Shown here: piece after piece, positions 1 to 9,382 of the stretch | How positions within the stretch are numbered: position 1 is the first letter of the stretch | How the letters are laid out: the number at the start of each line of letters is the position of its first letter | Source: a virus | Taxonomy: Duplodnaviria > Caudoviricetes | Reading direction: 5' to 3' (one strand) | Length of the DNA: 61,400 bases | IMG/VR virus record: IMGVR_UViG_3300009502_000053 | Span: 1 to 61,400 of that record | Position numbers and translations under genes: made by a program | Notes under the pieces: model-generated | What the model saw: the letters and a program-made list of their open reading frames with translations, nothing else | Databases searched by the model: none | Told to the model about the DNA's origin: nothing

Positions 1-204
1 ATATTTACTAATTTTAATAGTAGTGAATATTTACATAACACTAAGACATTTTCTTGTTCTAAGTTTAGCAAAACTAAATTTGAACCTTGGAAAGCAGCTT
101 TTAATTTCTCTTCTGCTAATAACTTTCAGTTAGGTACTAAACCTAAATTCTTAACAGATGATATGATGAAAAATCTTGAGAAATTAGCGAATTTTATAAA
201 ATAA
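1..204 (+). CDS. 3' end of a hypothetical protein (partial, runs off window)
   Basis: Open frame from base 1 (IFTNFNSSEY...LANFIK) to TAA at 202-204, 3 nt before the next ATG. Confidence 0.7.
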   Translation: MFTNFNSSEYLHNTKTFSCSKFSKTKFEPWKAAFNFSSANNFQLGTKPKFLTDDMMKNLEKLANFIK

Positions 205-207
205 TTA

Positions 208-630
208 ATGATAATGAAAACTTATAAAGACTATGTATTTGAGGCTGTATCACATCCAGATTTTAATGATAAATTTGAAGATGTTTGTGATAAATTAGAT
301 GAATTCTGGAGTAGTTTGGATATTGCATTTGATAATTTAGAAGATTTTAATTCTAAAACTCCACAACAAAATACTCAACAAAATACTCAACAAAAACAAC
401 AGAAGCCAACAAATACTCCACCAGAAAAAATGAGAAATGGCTCTCTTATTGAATATAATTATGTAACTAATAGTGGTAAAACAGTTGTAGTAACAATTGA
501 TACTCCTGATAATGGAACTAATACAAATACAGCTCTTGTTAAGCCTGTATATCCACCTAATTCTAAGAAAATATATCCTGTAAAATGGTCTAGATTAACA
601 CCTTTAGCACCACAATTAAAAACAACTTAA
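208..630 (+). CDS. Hypothetical protein with capsid-targeting-like N-terminus (MKTYKDYVFE), Q/N/T-rich linker
   Basis: ORF; N-terminus resembles T4 internal protein CTS MKTYQEFIAE; CAACAAAATACT tandem repeat at ~364-387. Confidence 0.7.
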   Translation: MIMKTYKDYVFEAVSHPDFNDKFEDVCDKLDEFWSSLDIAFDNLEDFNSKTPQQNTQQNTQQKQQKPTNTPPEKMRNGSLIEYNYVTNSGKTVVVTIDTPDNGTNTNTALVKPVYPPNSKKIYPVKWSRLTPLAPQLKTT

Positions 631-633
631 ACT

Positions 634-1077
634 ATGAAACATCTAAGCAACTTTGAATTATTTTTAGAAGAGAACAATCCAAATACTCCACAAGGTTATT
701 TAAATTCTGTATCTGGAAAACCACCAGTTAATTCTACAATAAAACCTAATCCTAATACAACACAAAATCAAAAACAACAACCACCACAGACACCAACTGA
801 AGAAGTTGATGGAATTTTACAAAATACTGAGGAACAAAAACAAAAAATTCTTTTAAGAAAAGATGCTATTGAAAAAGGACTGTTAAATAATATTAATCAA
901 TTGGAACCACAAAACCAGAAAGATGTAAAAACCCAAGTTGCGGATTATAAAAAACAAGTTACAGAATTTGATAAAACCGTCCAACAAATTGGCAAGTTGA
1001 ATCAAACACTAAAGAAATCTAATATTCCAACTAGCCAACAACCAACTATTAATAACGCAAGACAAAAAAACTTTTAA
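634..1077 (+). CDS. Hypothetical protein, N-terminal MKHLSNFELFLEE tag, coiled-coil C-half
   Basis: ORF in operon, tag motif, Q/P-rich linker. Confidence 0.7.
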   Translation: MKHLSNFELFLEENNPNTPQGYLNSVSGKPPVNSTIKPNPNTTQNQKQQPPQTPTEEVDGILQNTEEQKQKILLRKDAIEKGLLNNINQLEPQNQKDVKTQVADYKKQVTEFDKTVQQIGKLNQTLKKSNIPTSQQPTINNARQKNF

Positions 1078-1083
1078 TCATAA

Positions 1084-3498
1084 ATGTCTAAAATAGACGA
1101 AAAATACATAGACAACTTAGATACATTTTCTTCTGCGCTAGAACAAATTGTAGAACTATTAAAAGAACAACAAAAGGCTAATAAAGCAGATACTGTTAAT
1201 GAGTTTTTAAAAACTCCAATGAACAATTTAGTTGAAGTTGTTTCTGACCTTAAAAAAGTAACAATGCAAGGATTCGCTAAAGTAAATAGTGATAATAGTG
1301 AAATTTTAAAAAAGATAGAAAGTATCAAACAGCAAAAAGAATCTGGAATGTTTGATAGAGTTGAAGATCCTAAAAATAAGAATAGAATTGTTGATGGTAT
1401 AAAGGTTGTGGTTTTAATTGCAGCTGGTGTGTTAGCATTAGGTATGGCATTTAAAATTATTGGAAAGGTTGATTTTCTTTCTGTTATGGCATTGTCTGGC
1501 GCTATATTAGCCATGTCAACTGCATATAGTAAGATTGCTGATATTAAAAATTTAACATATGCTAAGGCATTTGTCATCTCATCAATTTTACCTATAATAG
1601 CCATAGGATTATTAGCTTCTGGTTGGATATTAAAATCATTCCCAGTTATAGGTCTAATGCAAGGTTTATCTATGATTATTGTTGGTGCAACTATTGGTGT
1701 TGCCACTTATTTGATTTTTAATTCTATAAAGGGAATAGATTTGGATAAAAATAAAAAAATGATTTTTGCATTGCCAGCAGTGTTGCCAGCAGTTGCATTA
1801 GGATTAGTATTGTCTGGATTTATTATGCAATCTTTCCCAACAATTGGTTTAATGCAAGGATTATCTATGATTATAGTTAGTGCTACAATTGGTATTGCAA
1901 CTTTCTTATTATTTAAGGCAATAAAGGGTATAGATTTGGATAAACATCAAAAAATTATTTTTGCATTACCTGTAATGTTACCTCTTATTGCAATTGCTAT
2001 ATCTCTATCTAGTATTATTTTACAAAATTTTGTTAAAATAAAAAATCCAATTGATTTATTAATTGGTAGTACAGTGATTGGATTATCTGTATTATTTTTT
2101 ACACCAACAATTTTACTTTTGGGTAAAATGAATCTCGATCAAATTGGAAAAGGTGTACTTGCTATTCCTATGATTGCAGGCGCAATTGTTGCAACTGCTT
2201 GGATTCTAAAATTGTTACCTGCTAAAATGACTTATCCAGATTGGAAATGGACTCTTAGTGTTGGATTAACAGTTGGTGTATTTGCTCTTGTTGTTGCTGG
2301 TGTTGGATATCTTGCTAATAGATTTAAGAAAGAATTTGAAGCTGGTTTAATCGGTGTAGTTGGTGTAGCTGCAGTTATTGCAGTAACAGATTACTTTATT
2401 GGTAAAGGAGATTTTAATAAATATCCAGATTGGAAATGGACTCTTCAAACTGGATTGTCTGTTGCAATATTTGGACTTATTACTTTTGGTGTTGGATATT
2501 TAGCAAATTTAGATAAAACTGCATTTGCTCTTGGATTGTTGAGTGTAGTTGCATTGTCTGCTGTGATACTTGCGAGTGATTGGATTTTAAGTAAGGGTAA
2601 ATATGATAAATATCCTGATGTTGAGTGGGCTAAAGGTGTAGGATTATCACTTGGTGCTTTTGGAGTTGGTGCTTTAGCTCTTGGATTAATAGTTTCAACA
2701 GGAGCTGGCGCTGTTGTAATGGGATTAGGTGTCGCATCTATTCTTGTTTTAGCAGCTTCTATGTTGGCTGTTGATATGATATTTAAGGCTGGGGATTTCA
2801 CTAAATATCCATCAGAAGAATGGGCAAGAGGTGTTGGTAGATCAATGTTATTGTTCTCAAGTTTTGGTTCTGAAGGAAAACCAGGTGTTCTTGGTGCAAT
2901 AGGTAGCGCGGTTTCTGGATTTATAAAAGGAGTTGGTGGAGCAGCAACAAGTGCAGCAATGATTCCAATTGCGATGAGCATGGTTGCTGTAGATAAGATA
3001 CTTAGCCAAGGAGATTTTAGTAAATATCCTACAGCAAATTGGGTTACTAATGTTGCAACATCACTTAATGCATTTTCTAATATTGATATTAAAGCCAATT
3101 CTATTAGAAATTTAGCAGATTCATTTAAATATCTTTCTGAATCATTAAAAGATGTCAACGGTTTTGATAATTTGTCTAAAATATCATCTGGTCTTGTTTT
3201 ATTGAGTGTAATTGATGATGCTAAGCTTCAGGTTGTATTGGACAAAATTAAAGATAATGAAAGTACATTAAAAAGTATTTATGGTGATAATTCTTCAGGA
3301 ATTTTAAATTTAATGGAGAGAATGATTCAACCAGTTCAGGCAACTATAACTCCTGAAAGTATATTATCATTAAAAACATCATCTGATGATAGTGAAATAA
3401 AGAAAACTAATAGTAAATTAGATGAGATTAGTAATAAACTTTCACAATTATTAGACGCAATGTCCCAGCCATCTCAGTCTGGAAGTTTCTATAATTAA
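1084..3498 (+). CDS. Tape-measure-like / multi-helix hydrophobic repeat virion protein
   Basis: 804 aa, coiled-coil ends, A/G/L/I-rich core with repeats SFPxIGLMQGLSMIIV (x2) and YPxxxW (x5). Confidence 0.55.
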   Translation: MSKIDEKYIDNLDTFSSALEQIVELLKEQQKANKADTVNEFLKTPMNNLVEVVSDLKKVTMQGFAKVNSDNSEILKKIESIKQQKESGMFDRVEDPKNKNRIVDGIKVVVLIAAGVLALGMAFKIIGKVDFLSVMALSGAILAMSTAYSKIADIKNLTYAKAFVISSILPIIAIGLLASGWILKSFPVIGLMQGLSMIIVGATIGVATYLIFNSIKGIDLDKNKKMIFALPAVLPAVALGLVLSGFIMQSFPTIGLMQGLSMIIVSATIGIATFLLFKAIKGIDLDKHQKIIFALPVMLPLIAIAISLSSIILQNFVKIKNPIDLLIGSTVIGLSVLFFTPTILLLGKMNLDQIGKGVLAIPMIAGAIVATAWILKLLPAKMTYPDWKWTLSVGLTVGVFALVVAGVGYLANRFKKEFEAGLIGVVGVAAVIAVTDYFIGKGDFNKYPDWKWTLQTGLSVAIFGLITFGVGYLANLDKTAFALGLLSVVALSAVILASDWILSKGKYDKYPDVEWAKGVGLSLGAFGVGALALGLIVSTGAGAVVMGLGVASILVLAASMLAVDMIFKAGDFTKYPSEEWARGVGRSMLLFSSFGSEGKPGVLGAIGSAVSGFIKGVGGAATSAAMIPIAMSMVAVDKILSQGDFSKYPTANWVTNVATSLNAFSNIDIKANSIRNLADSFKYLSESLKDVNGFDNLSKISSGLVLLSVIDDAKLQVVLDKIKDNESTLKSIYGDNSSGILNLMERMIQPVQATITPESILSLKTSSDDSEIKKTNSKLDEISNKLSQLLDAMSQPSQSGSFYN

Positions 3499-3586
3499 GT
3501 CTTCATTCCATTTTTAATTTATAAAAAATTCATAAAAATATGAATAGAACCTGCTATGTATTATATATAAATAAAAAAATGAATTT

Positions 3587-4024
3587 ATGAGAAGATTTTT
3601 ACACTTAATAAGATATATCAAACTTCTTAAAAGAAATAAAAAAGTTTTAGCAGATTCTAGAATTAATGATAATCCAAATCCATTAGGTATTCAATATGAT
3701 TGGATATATAGGTTATATACTGTATTAAATTTACCATTTGAAGATGAAGAGTTTGTGAAAAAATATGGGTTTCAAGATACAAAAAACGTTTATTATGTAG
3801 AGAGTAAAGTAAAATTACATATTATTGAAATAAATAAATTTTTGTTTGAATTGGGTATTTTAGAATATGTTACATTAGATCCAGACAACATTAGGCAAAT
3901 TGATGAATATAATGTTAGAATTGCACTTAAATTTAAATATTTGGATCTTAAATTTTGGGTGAGATTTATTTTAATATCATTGCCTATTTTAATTACTGGA
4001 GGATTATTATATTTTTTTATATAA
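3587..4024 (+). CDS. Hypothetical protein with C-terminal TM helix
   Basis: ORF; hydrophobic C-terminus FILISLPILITGGLLYFFI. Confidence 0.75.
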   Translation: MRRFLHLIRYIKLLKRNKKVLADSRINDNPNPLGIQYDWIYRLYTVLNLPFEDEEFVKKYGFQDTKNVYYVESKVKLHIIEINKFLFELGILEYVTLDPDNIRQIDEYNVRIALKFKYLDLKFWVRFILISLPILITGGLLYFFI

Positions 4025-4070
4025 ACTTTAATTAGAATTATTCTATATAATAAAAAGAAAAATAAATATT

Positions 4071-4538
4071 ATGAGTAAAGAACAATTTACAGAATTAGAA
4101 GCGGATATTATTGAATATTTCAATGAATTAGAAGCAAAATTAGAATTGCCAGTTGATACTAAATATGTTTATCAAGGTGATGAGAAACAAAAAACATTAT
4201 TAAAAATAATTAAAATTCCAGATCGATATGCAACTTTATTGAAAGCTGACATTTTAATAAGTTTTAATGAAAAGTTTTTTGATATTTTTGATGATGAATC
4301 AAAGACTATTCTGATTGAACAAGAGTTAGCATTAGTTGAAATGAATATTGACACTGGTATTCTTAAAATTGGTAAGCCAGACTTAATTACATCAACAGGA
4401 AAAGTTAAAAAATATGGTGTTGAAGCAGTTGAAAGAGCAAATCAAGTTAGCACTTTATATAATCAACAACAAGCAGACCAAGAAAAAGAAAATAAGGCAA
4501 AGAAAAATACTGGCAACAGAACATATAAAAATAAATAA
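4071..4538 (+). CDS. Phage metallopeptidase-like protein lacking HExxH
   Basis: ADILISFNEKFFDIFDDESKTILIEQELALVE...KPDL...KKYG resembles putative phage metallopeptidase family, but HExxH position reads QELAL. Confidence 0.5.
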   Translation: MSKEQFTELEADIIEYFNELEAKLELPVDTKYVYQGDEKQKTLLKIIKIPDRYATLLKADILISFNEKFFDIFDDESKTILIEQELALVEMNIDTGILKIGKPDLITSTGKVKKYGVEAVERANQVSTLYNQQQADQEKENKAKKNTGNRTYKNK

Positions 4539-4544
4539 ATAACA

Positions 4545-5327
4545 ATGGAAGAAAAGAAATTTTTTGATTTTAAAACTAATGAAGAATTTAACTTAGACGA
4601 AGAATACTCAAAATATTTTGATGGAGAACAGTTTAAACAACGTAATGAAACTGAAGATAAATTGAGAGACGCAGAAGCAATTATTAAGGAATTTGGTATG
4701 CTATATTTAGAAGGATTATCAATTGAAAAGTATGAAGATGTTTTTCTTAATCTAAATGCATTTTTAATTAAATTCCGTACAGATTCAGATGAAGTAAAAA
4801 ACATGACAAAATCTGATAGAGATAAATTGTTTGGTTATGGAACATCATTATTCAAAGCTTATCAAGATTCATATAGTGGATTATATTTTAATTTTGAATT
4901 GAGTAGGAAAGAATGGAATTTTGTAGATCATACTTTGACTAAAAAAATATCATATAATGGTCAAGAATTGTTTAATTACTGGGAGCTTTATATGAAATTT
5001 ATTGAACCTACAAGAGAAATTGAAAGTAAATTACCTAAAGGTATTGATGCTTTTGTGGCTGTTTGTTCAATTCAAAGTTTGATATTATTGAGTCACTTAT
5101 TAATGAAACACGAAGAAAAGGGTTCAACAGATAGTTTTCATTCCTTTAGAACTGTTTTAACAGAAGTAGCAAAAATGACTAGGCTTTTCAATGCATACGG
5201 TGTTATGTTAGAAAGAGTTACTAATAACTTTACTAATTGGGTTAATGCATTAAATATGATGGATCATACTGATGATATTATTGGAGTACCAGAAGAATTA
5301 AATGTAGAGTTGAAATTGCAAGAGTAA
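4545..5327 (+). CDS. Hypothetical protein
   Basis: 260 aa ORF in operon. Confidence 0.8.
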   Translation: MEEKKFFDFKTNEEFNLDEEYSKYFDGEQFKQRNETEDKLRDAEAIIKEFGMLYLEGLSIEKYEDVFLNLNAFLIKFRTDSDEVKNMTKSDRDKLFGYGTSLFKAYQDSYSGLYFNFELSRKEWNFVDHTLTKKISYNGQELFNYWELYMKFIEPTREIESKLPKGIDAFVAVCSIQSLILLSHLLMKHEEKGSTDSFHSFRTVLTEVAKMTRLFNAYGVMLERVTNNFTNWVNALNMMDHTDDIIGVPEELNVELKLQE

Positions 5328-5330
5328 TGA

Positions 5331-5666
5331 ATGGAAATATACAAGAACAATAAGGAGATATTTTCTGAAATCAGAGATAAATTATTTGAACAAGCGAAAG
5401 ATGTTAAAATATCATCCTTAAAGAATATTAATGTTTTAGAGACTATAAAAACTCTCAAAGTTATTGAATTAGATAACTTTGAGAGTTTTTCGTCTTATAC
5501 TAATTATGATCATTATTTAATATTTAAATTTAATGAAGATTATTATTTTTGTGATACAGAATTAGCATCATTACTTAATACTTCTAGTATGATTAAGATG
5601 ATAGATTTTAATCAATTATTTAGAAGAGAAAAATTAAATAAGATAAATGAAAATTCAATTAGTTGA
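5331..5666 (+). CDS. Hypothetical protein with C-terminal RxxKLxKI motif
   Basis: Ends FRREKLNKINENSIS. Confidence 0.75.
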   Translation: MEIYKNNKEIFSEIRDKLFEQAKDVKISSLKNINVLETIKTLKVIELDNFESFSSYTNYDHYLIFKFNEDYYFCDTELASLLNTSSMIKMIDFNQLFRREKLNKINENSIS

Positions 5667-5694
5667 ATTTTAAATAACATTTTTAACATTTTTC

Positions 5695-5710
5695 CTGTCA
5701 TAAATGACAG
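5695..5710. promoter_or_regulatory. Palindromic candidate operator upstream of RHH gene
   Basis: CTGTCAT-AA-ATGACAG just upstream of a TTTTTATATATA motif and the 5759 start. Confidence 0.4.
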
Positions 5711-5758
5711 AAGACAAGATTATTTTTATATATAGTTATAAAAATAATTTTTAACGTC

Positions 5759-6445
5759 ATGAAAACAACAAAAACCTACTCAATCGAAGAATCAATATAT
5801 AGTGCATTTGATTCTTTAACAACAGAAAAAAATATCAATAAAAGTTCATTTATAGAGGATTGTATAAAAAAATTCTTAAAAAAGAATGATATGGATTTCG
5901 TTGACAAAATATATTCTTTAAGAACAAATCCTGATCATATTGTTACAGTTTTATCACAAGATTTATCTTTTTATTTTTTAAGTGATGGAAGTAAGATGCA
6001 GAAAATTTTATTTATGCAATGTTTTAAGGAATGTGAACATGTTAATCCAAATGAATTTTTTAGTAAATCTGCTCCAATTTTTGAGAATATTGTAGAAAAA
6101 ATAAAACATATAGATGAATCAAAGGTAGATGATTTTACTAATGTTACAGCATCATTAGATTCTATTTTTGGTATTTATGAAAATAGATATGGAGTGGAAC
6201 GAGCAAAAGAAATTAGAAGAGCAGATGTAGATTTATTGAATGAAATAAATAATAATTATAAAGCAGGTGAATATTCTAATAAAGATGCTTTACAATTATG
6301 TGAAGTTCTTCTTTGTGTTATGCAACTTAATTTTAAACCTGGTGAAAAAGAATATGAATTACAACAATTATTAATTAATATATTGAATAAAGAACGAAGT
6401 TCAGCAAAACCTATGGAAAGATTTCCATTTAAACAGAGTTGTTAA
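5759..6445 (+). CDS. Ribbon-helix-helix (CopG-like) N-terminal domain protein
   Basis: MKTTKTYSIEESIYSAFDSLTTEKNINKSSFIEDCIKKFL: beta-strand + two helices; similar to the RHH ORF at 16920-17075. Confidence 0.65.
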   Translation: MKTTKTYSIEESIYSAFDSLTTEKNINKSSFIEDCIKKFLKKNDMDFVDKIYSLRTNPDHIVTVLSQDLSFYFLSDGSKMQKILFMQCFKECEHVNPNEFFSKSAPIFENIVEKIKHIDESKVDDFTNVTASLDSIFGIYENRYGVERAKEIRRADVDLLNEINNNYKAGEYSNKDALQLCEVLLCVMQLNFKPGEKEYELQQLLINILNKERSSAKPMERFPFKQSC

Positions 6446-6474
6446 TTTAATTATACAAAGATATATATGAACTA

Positions 6475-7686
6475 CTAAATTGTTTGCTTATAAAGATTAT
6501 ACTTTATAAGAACTTTAGATAAATCTAAAGGCTCGTTCATAGAAGCAAAGTGATTTCCGAACCATCTATCTAATATATTTATGGCTGAATTTAAGTCACG
6601 ATCTATAATTATGGTGTCTGACAACTGGACTTTCCTATCACCAAGATTTATTTTATCTTTGAATAGTTTTCCAGTTAAACAGTTAATTTGTGTCGTCCAT
6701 TTTTCATCAATTTTAGTTAAATTGATATTTTTTGCTTGACACTTATAAGAAAGGAATTGTAAAAACATATTTATATTAGAATTATGAAATGATTTCCTAA
6801 TACCTTTTTTATTTTCATTAATACCTTCAGTTGACATCAATTTTTTAACTGTTAGATCACCAACTACAATTGTATTGTAGTTCATATTCACTAATTTTTT
6901 ACTTTGAATATGTAAAGTTTGTTTTATTTGCTCATTCTTTTTATGATAACATTTATTTAACACTTTTTTTAATTGCTTATTCCTATTTGATCCTTTTGTG
7001 GTTTTACTTCGCTTGGTTTGTATTTTTGCAATTTGCTTTTGATAATAGTCATTAATTTTTTTAGATTTGTTTTTTAATATAATCATTTCACCTTTATTAT
7101 CTACTCCAGTTCCTAATTTACTTAAACCTAAATCTATGGCTAATACTTTTGTCTTAATGTTTATATTATCATTATATACTATTTTATCATTAATAATTAA
7201 ATCACATAACCATTTATTTCTAACAAATTTTATTCTTATTTCTTTTATATTTAGTTCGTCTAAATTTAAATTAGATTTATATTCAAATGAAATTTTATTT
7301 ACTATAATTATATTATTTTCTTTTATCATCCAACCTGATTGATTCCAAGTTAAAGAATGAAAATAATCATTTTCTATTTTTCTTGGTGGTCTTGCTGTTT
7401 TATCTTTTTTTATTAATCTAAAGAAGGATTGATATGATCCATATAATTCTGTTGCTATGGTTTGTATTGCTTTAGAATTTAATTTCTTCCAATCTGAATA
7501 AGTTTCTTTTAATTCAGGAAGCATATTATTTAAATCAAATTTATTAAATATAGTTTTTGTTTTATTGTATTTCTCTGTTTGAATTTCAATTAATTTATTC
7601 CAAATATCTTTACGAATATCAGATAATTTTTTTAATTCATTAATTTGATGTATATTTGGAAATAATCTAATTTTATATGTTTTCAC
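6475..7686 (-). CDS. tnpB: TnpB-family RNA-guided nuclease (IS200/IS605/IS607-type), no adjacent tnpA
   Basis: MKTYKIRLFP N-terminus, RuvC-I LAIDLG, RuvC-II IVVGDL, RuvC-III DRDLNSAINIL; zinc finger degenerate. Confidence 0.9.
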   Translation of the reverse strand: MKTYKIRLFPNIHQINELKKLSDIRKDIWNKLIEIQTEKYNKTKTIFNKFDLNNMLPELKETYSDWKKLNSKAIQTIATELYGSYQSFFRLIKKDKTARPPRKIENDYFHSLTWNQSGWMIKENNIIIVNKISFEYKSNLNLDELNIKEIRIKFVRNKWLCDLIINDKIVYNDNINIKTKVLAIDLGLSKLGTGVDNKGEMIILKNKSKKINDYYQKQIAKIQTKRSKTTKGSNRNKQLKKVLNKCYHKKNEQIKQTLHIQSKKLVNMNYNTIVVGDLTVKKLMSTEGINENKKGIRKSFHNSNINMFLQFLSYKCQAKNINLTKIDEKWTTQINCLTGKLFKDKINLGDRKVQLSDTIIIDRDLNSAINILDRWFGNHFASMNEPLDLSKVLIKYNLYKQTI

Positions 7687-7712
7687 TTTTTATATCACTT
7701 ATTTTATATAAG

Positions 7713-7750
7713 TATATATAAATAAAATAAAGTCATATTTTTCTATTTTT
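7713..7750 (-). repeat. 38-bp element upstream of tnpB, copy 1
   Basis: TATATATAAATAAAATAAAGTCATATTTTTCTATTTTT; 36/38 identical to 17099-17136. Confidence 0.85.
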
Positions 7751-7779
7751 AATTTAAATATATACATTATAATTTAATT

Positions 7780-8220
7780 ATGATTACACTATTTGAACAT
7801 TTTTATAAGAAAGGCTTATCAATAACATATTCTGGAATTATCTTAGATGATGAATCCAGAAATTTGTTATTGTCTACCTTTATTTATCCAAATCCTGATT
7901 TTTCAGATTGGATCAAAATTGCACATCATTCTACTATATGTTTAGGCGAACTTCCAGAACATATGAAGAGATATTGGCTTGATGAAGAAATCACATTAAC
8001 AGTAAGAGAACTTGGAATAAGTGATAAAGCAGTTGCAGTAAAAGTAACTGGTTTCTATACTATTTCTAAGCCTTCTGTTGAAGAAGGACCAGAATTTCAA
8101 CATATCACATTAGCAATAAATCCAATTGATGCTAAGCCAGCAGACTCTAACAGAATAGAGGATTGGCAAACGGTAACACCATTAAAATTAAGAGGTGTTC
8201 TAAAAGAGATTCAATTATGA
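7780..8220 (+). CDS. 2H phosphoesterase (tRNA-ligase cyclic phosphodiesterase-like)
   Basis: Two HxT motifs (HHSTI, HITLA); KPADSN motif; N-terminal MITLFE tag. Confidence 0.7.
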   Translation: MITLFEHFYKKGLSITYSGIILDDESRNLLLSTFIYPNPDFSDWIKIAHHSTICLGELPEHMKRYWLDEEITLTVRELGISDKAVAVKVTGFYTISKPSVEEGPEFQHITLAINPIDAKPADSNRIEDWQTVTPLKLRGVLKEIQL

Positions 8221-9073
8221 AAGATTGATAATTTTTCTGTTATGTTTTCATTATATTTTATTATTAATAAGTTTATATTATTTTCCCTACAAAATTTTTC
8301 TTTTATATTAAATCTATTCTTATTTATGTTAAATTCGTTTATACCACCAAAATACTTGTTAGGTTCGTAATGCTGAATTCCGTTATATTCAACACATGTA
8401 TTATAATCTATTAAATAGAAATCAAATCTTAATTTTGCTTTATATTTACAATTTTCAAATGTTTTTTGAGGTTGAGTTTTAAATAATTTCTTATTTCTTT
8501 CTCACCCTTACTTTCATTACAAATAGGACAACCTGAATTTCTAAGATGATGATTTGCTTTTTGCTTAAAAATACCATGTTTTTTACATATAATTTTTACA
8601 TATCTTTTTGATCCAGTATAATTTACTAAACTATAATCATATAGATTATTATGAATGATTTTTGATTTTTCTATAAATTTTTCAGTTGTTGATTTTTTAC
8701 TTTCTTTGAAACATTTTATACAACCTTGGCCTTTCATATGAACATCTGGTCTTTGTTCAAAATCACCATGTGTTTTACAAGATATAATAACTTTAGTTTT
8801 ATTATCAACTATACTAACTTTATCATAATTATAAATGTTTTTATGAATTTTATTGGATCTTTCTATAAATTTTTCAGTTGTTAAAAGGCAACATTTTGGA
8901 CAACCACGACCTTGTGTATGTGAGTGAGCAAGTTGTTCAAATTCTCCGCAAGTAGGGCATATTATTTTGATGAATGTTCTAGTGTTTTTATACTCAACTA
9001 AACTATAATCATATTTATTATTATGTATATTTTTACATTTTTCAATAAACTCTTCATTGGTCAACTTCTTCAT
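8211..9073 (-). pseudogene. Frameshifted repeat-containing PD-(D/E)xK-like mobile endonuclease
   Basis: KYDYSLVEY/CxxHG repeats to ~8480; nuclease domain (QKTFENCK..RFDFYL..VEYNGIQH..FGG) continues in the -1 frame to TGA at 8211-8213. Confidence 0.8.
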
Positions 9074-9121
9074 AAAACTTTTATATTTTATTTGTATATA
9101 TAAAGAAAAAAATATAACATT

Positions 9122-9382
9122 ATGCCAAAATCAAAACATAGACTTAAGCACAAAATTAGACTGAATGATTATAAGTCGACTAAGAAGAAAGAGCAAGAGT
9201 TGTTTAAAAAGAAAATGATTGATAATTATATTAAAATGCAACAGGAAAAACTTGCAAATCAAGAAGCTCACACTTCAACTGAAGAGGTTTCTGGTCCAGA
9301 TATTAACCTTGATGAATTGAACATGGTTTCAGGATCTGGTGGTGAAAGTGGTCAAACTGAAAATATTATAGATGTTGAATGA
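9122..9382 (+). CDS. Hypothetical protein (basic N-half, acidic C-half)
   Basis: ORF with TATATA motif upstream; ATGA overlap with next gene. Confidence 0.7.
   Translation: MPKSKHRLKHKIRLNDYKSTKKKEQELFKKKMIDNYIKMQQEKLANQEAHTSTEEVSGPDINLDELNMVSGSGGESGQTENIIDVE

Noticed and set aside
1074-3158. Long minus-strand ORFs 1074-1706 and 2445-3158
   Set aside because: Antisense shadows of the hydrophobic 804-aa gene
6475-6510. KYNL near the TnpB C-terminus as a C-tag
   Set aside because: Not terminal (KYNLYKQTI) and lies in the likely omega-RNA-overlapping region
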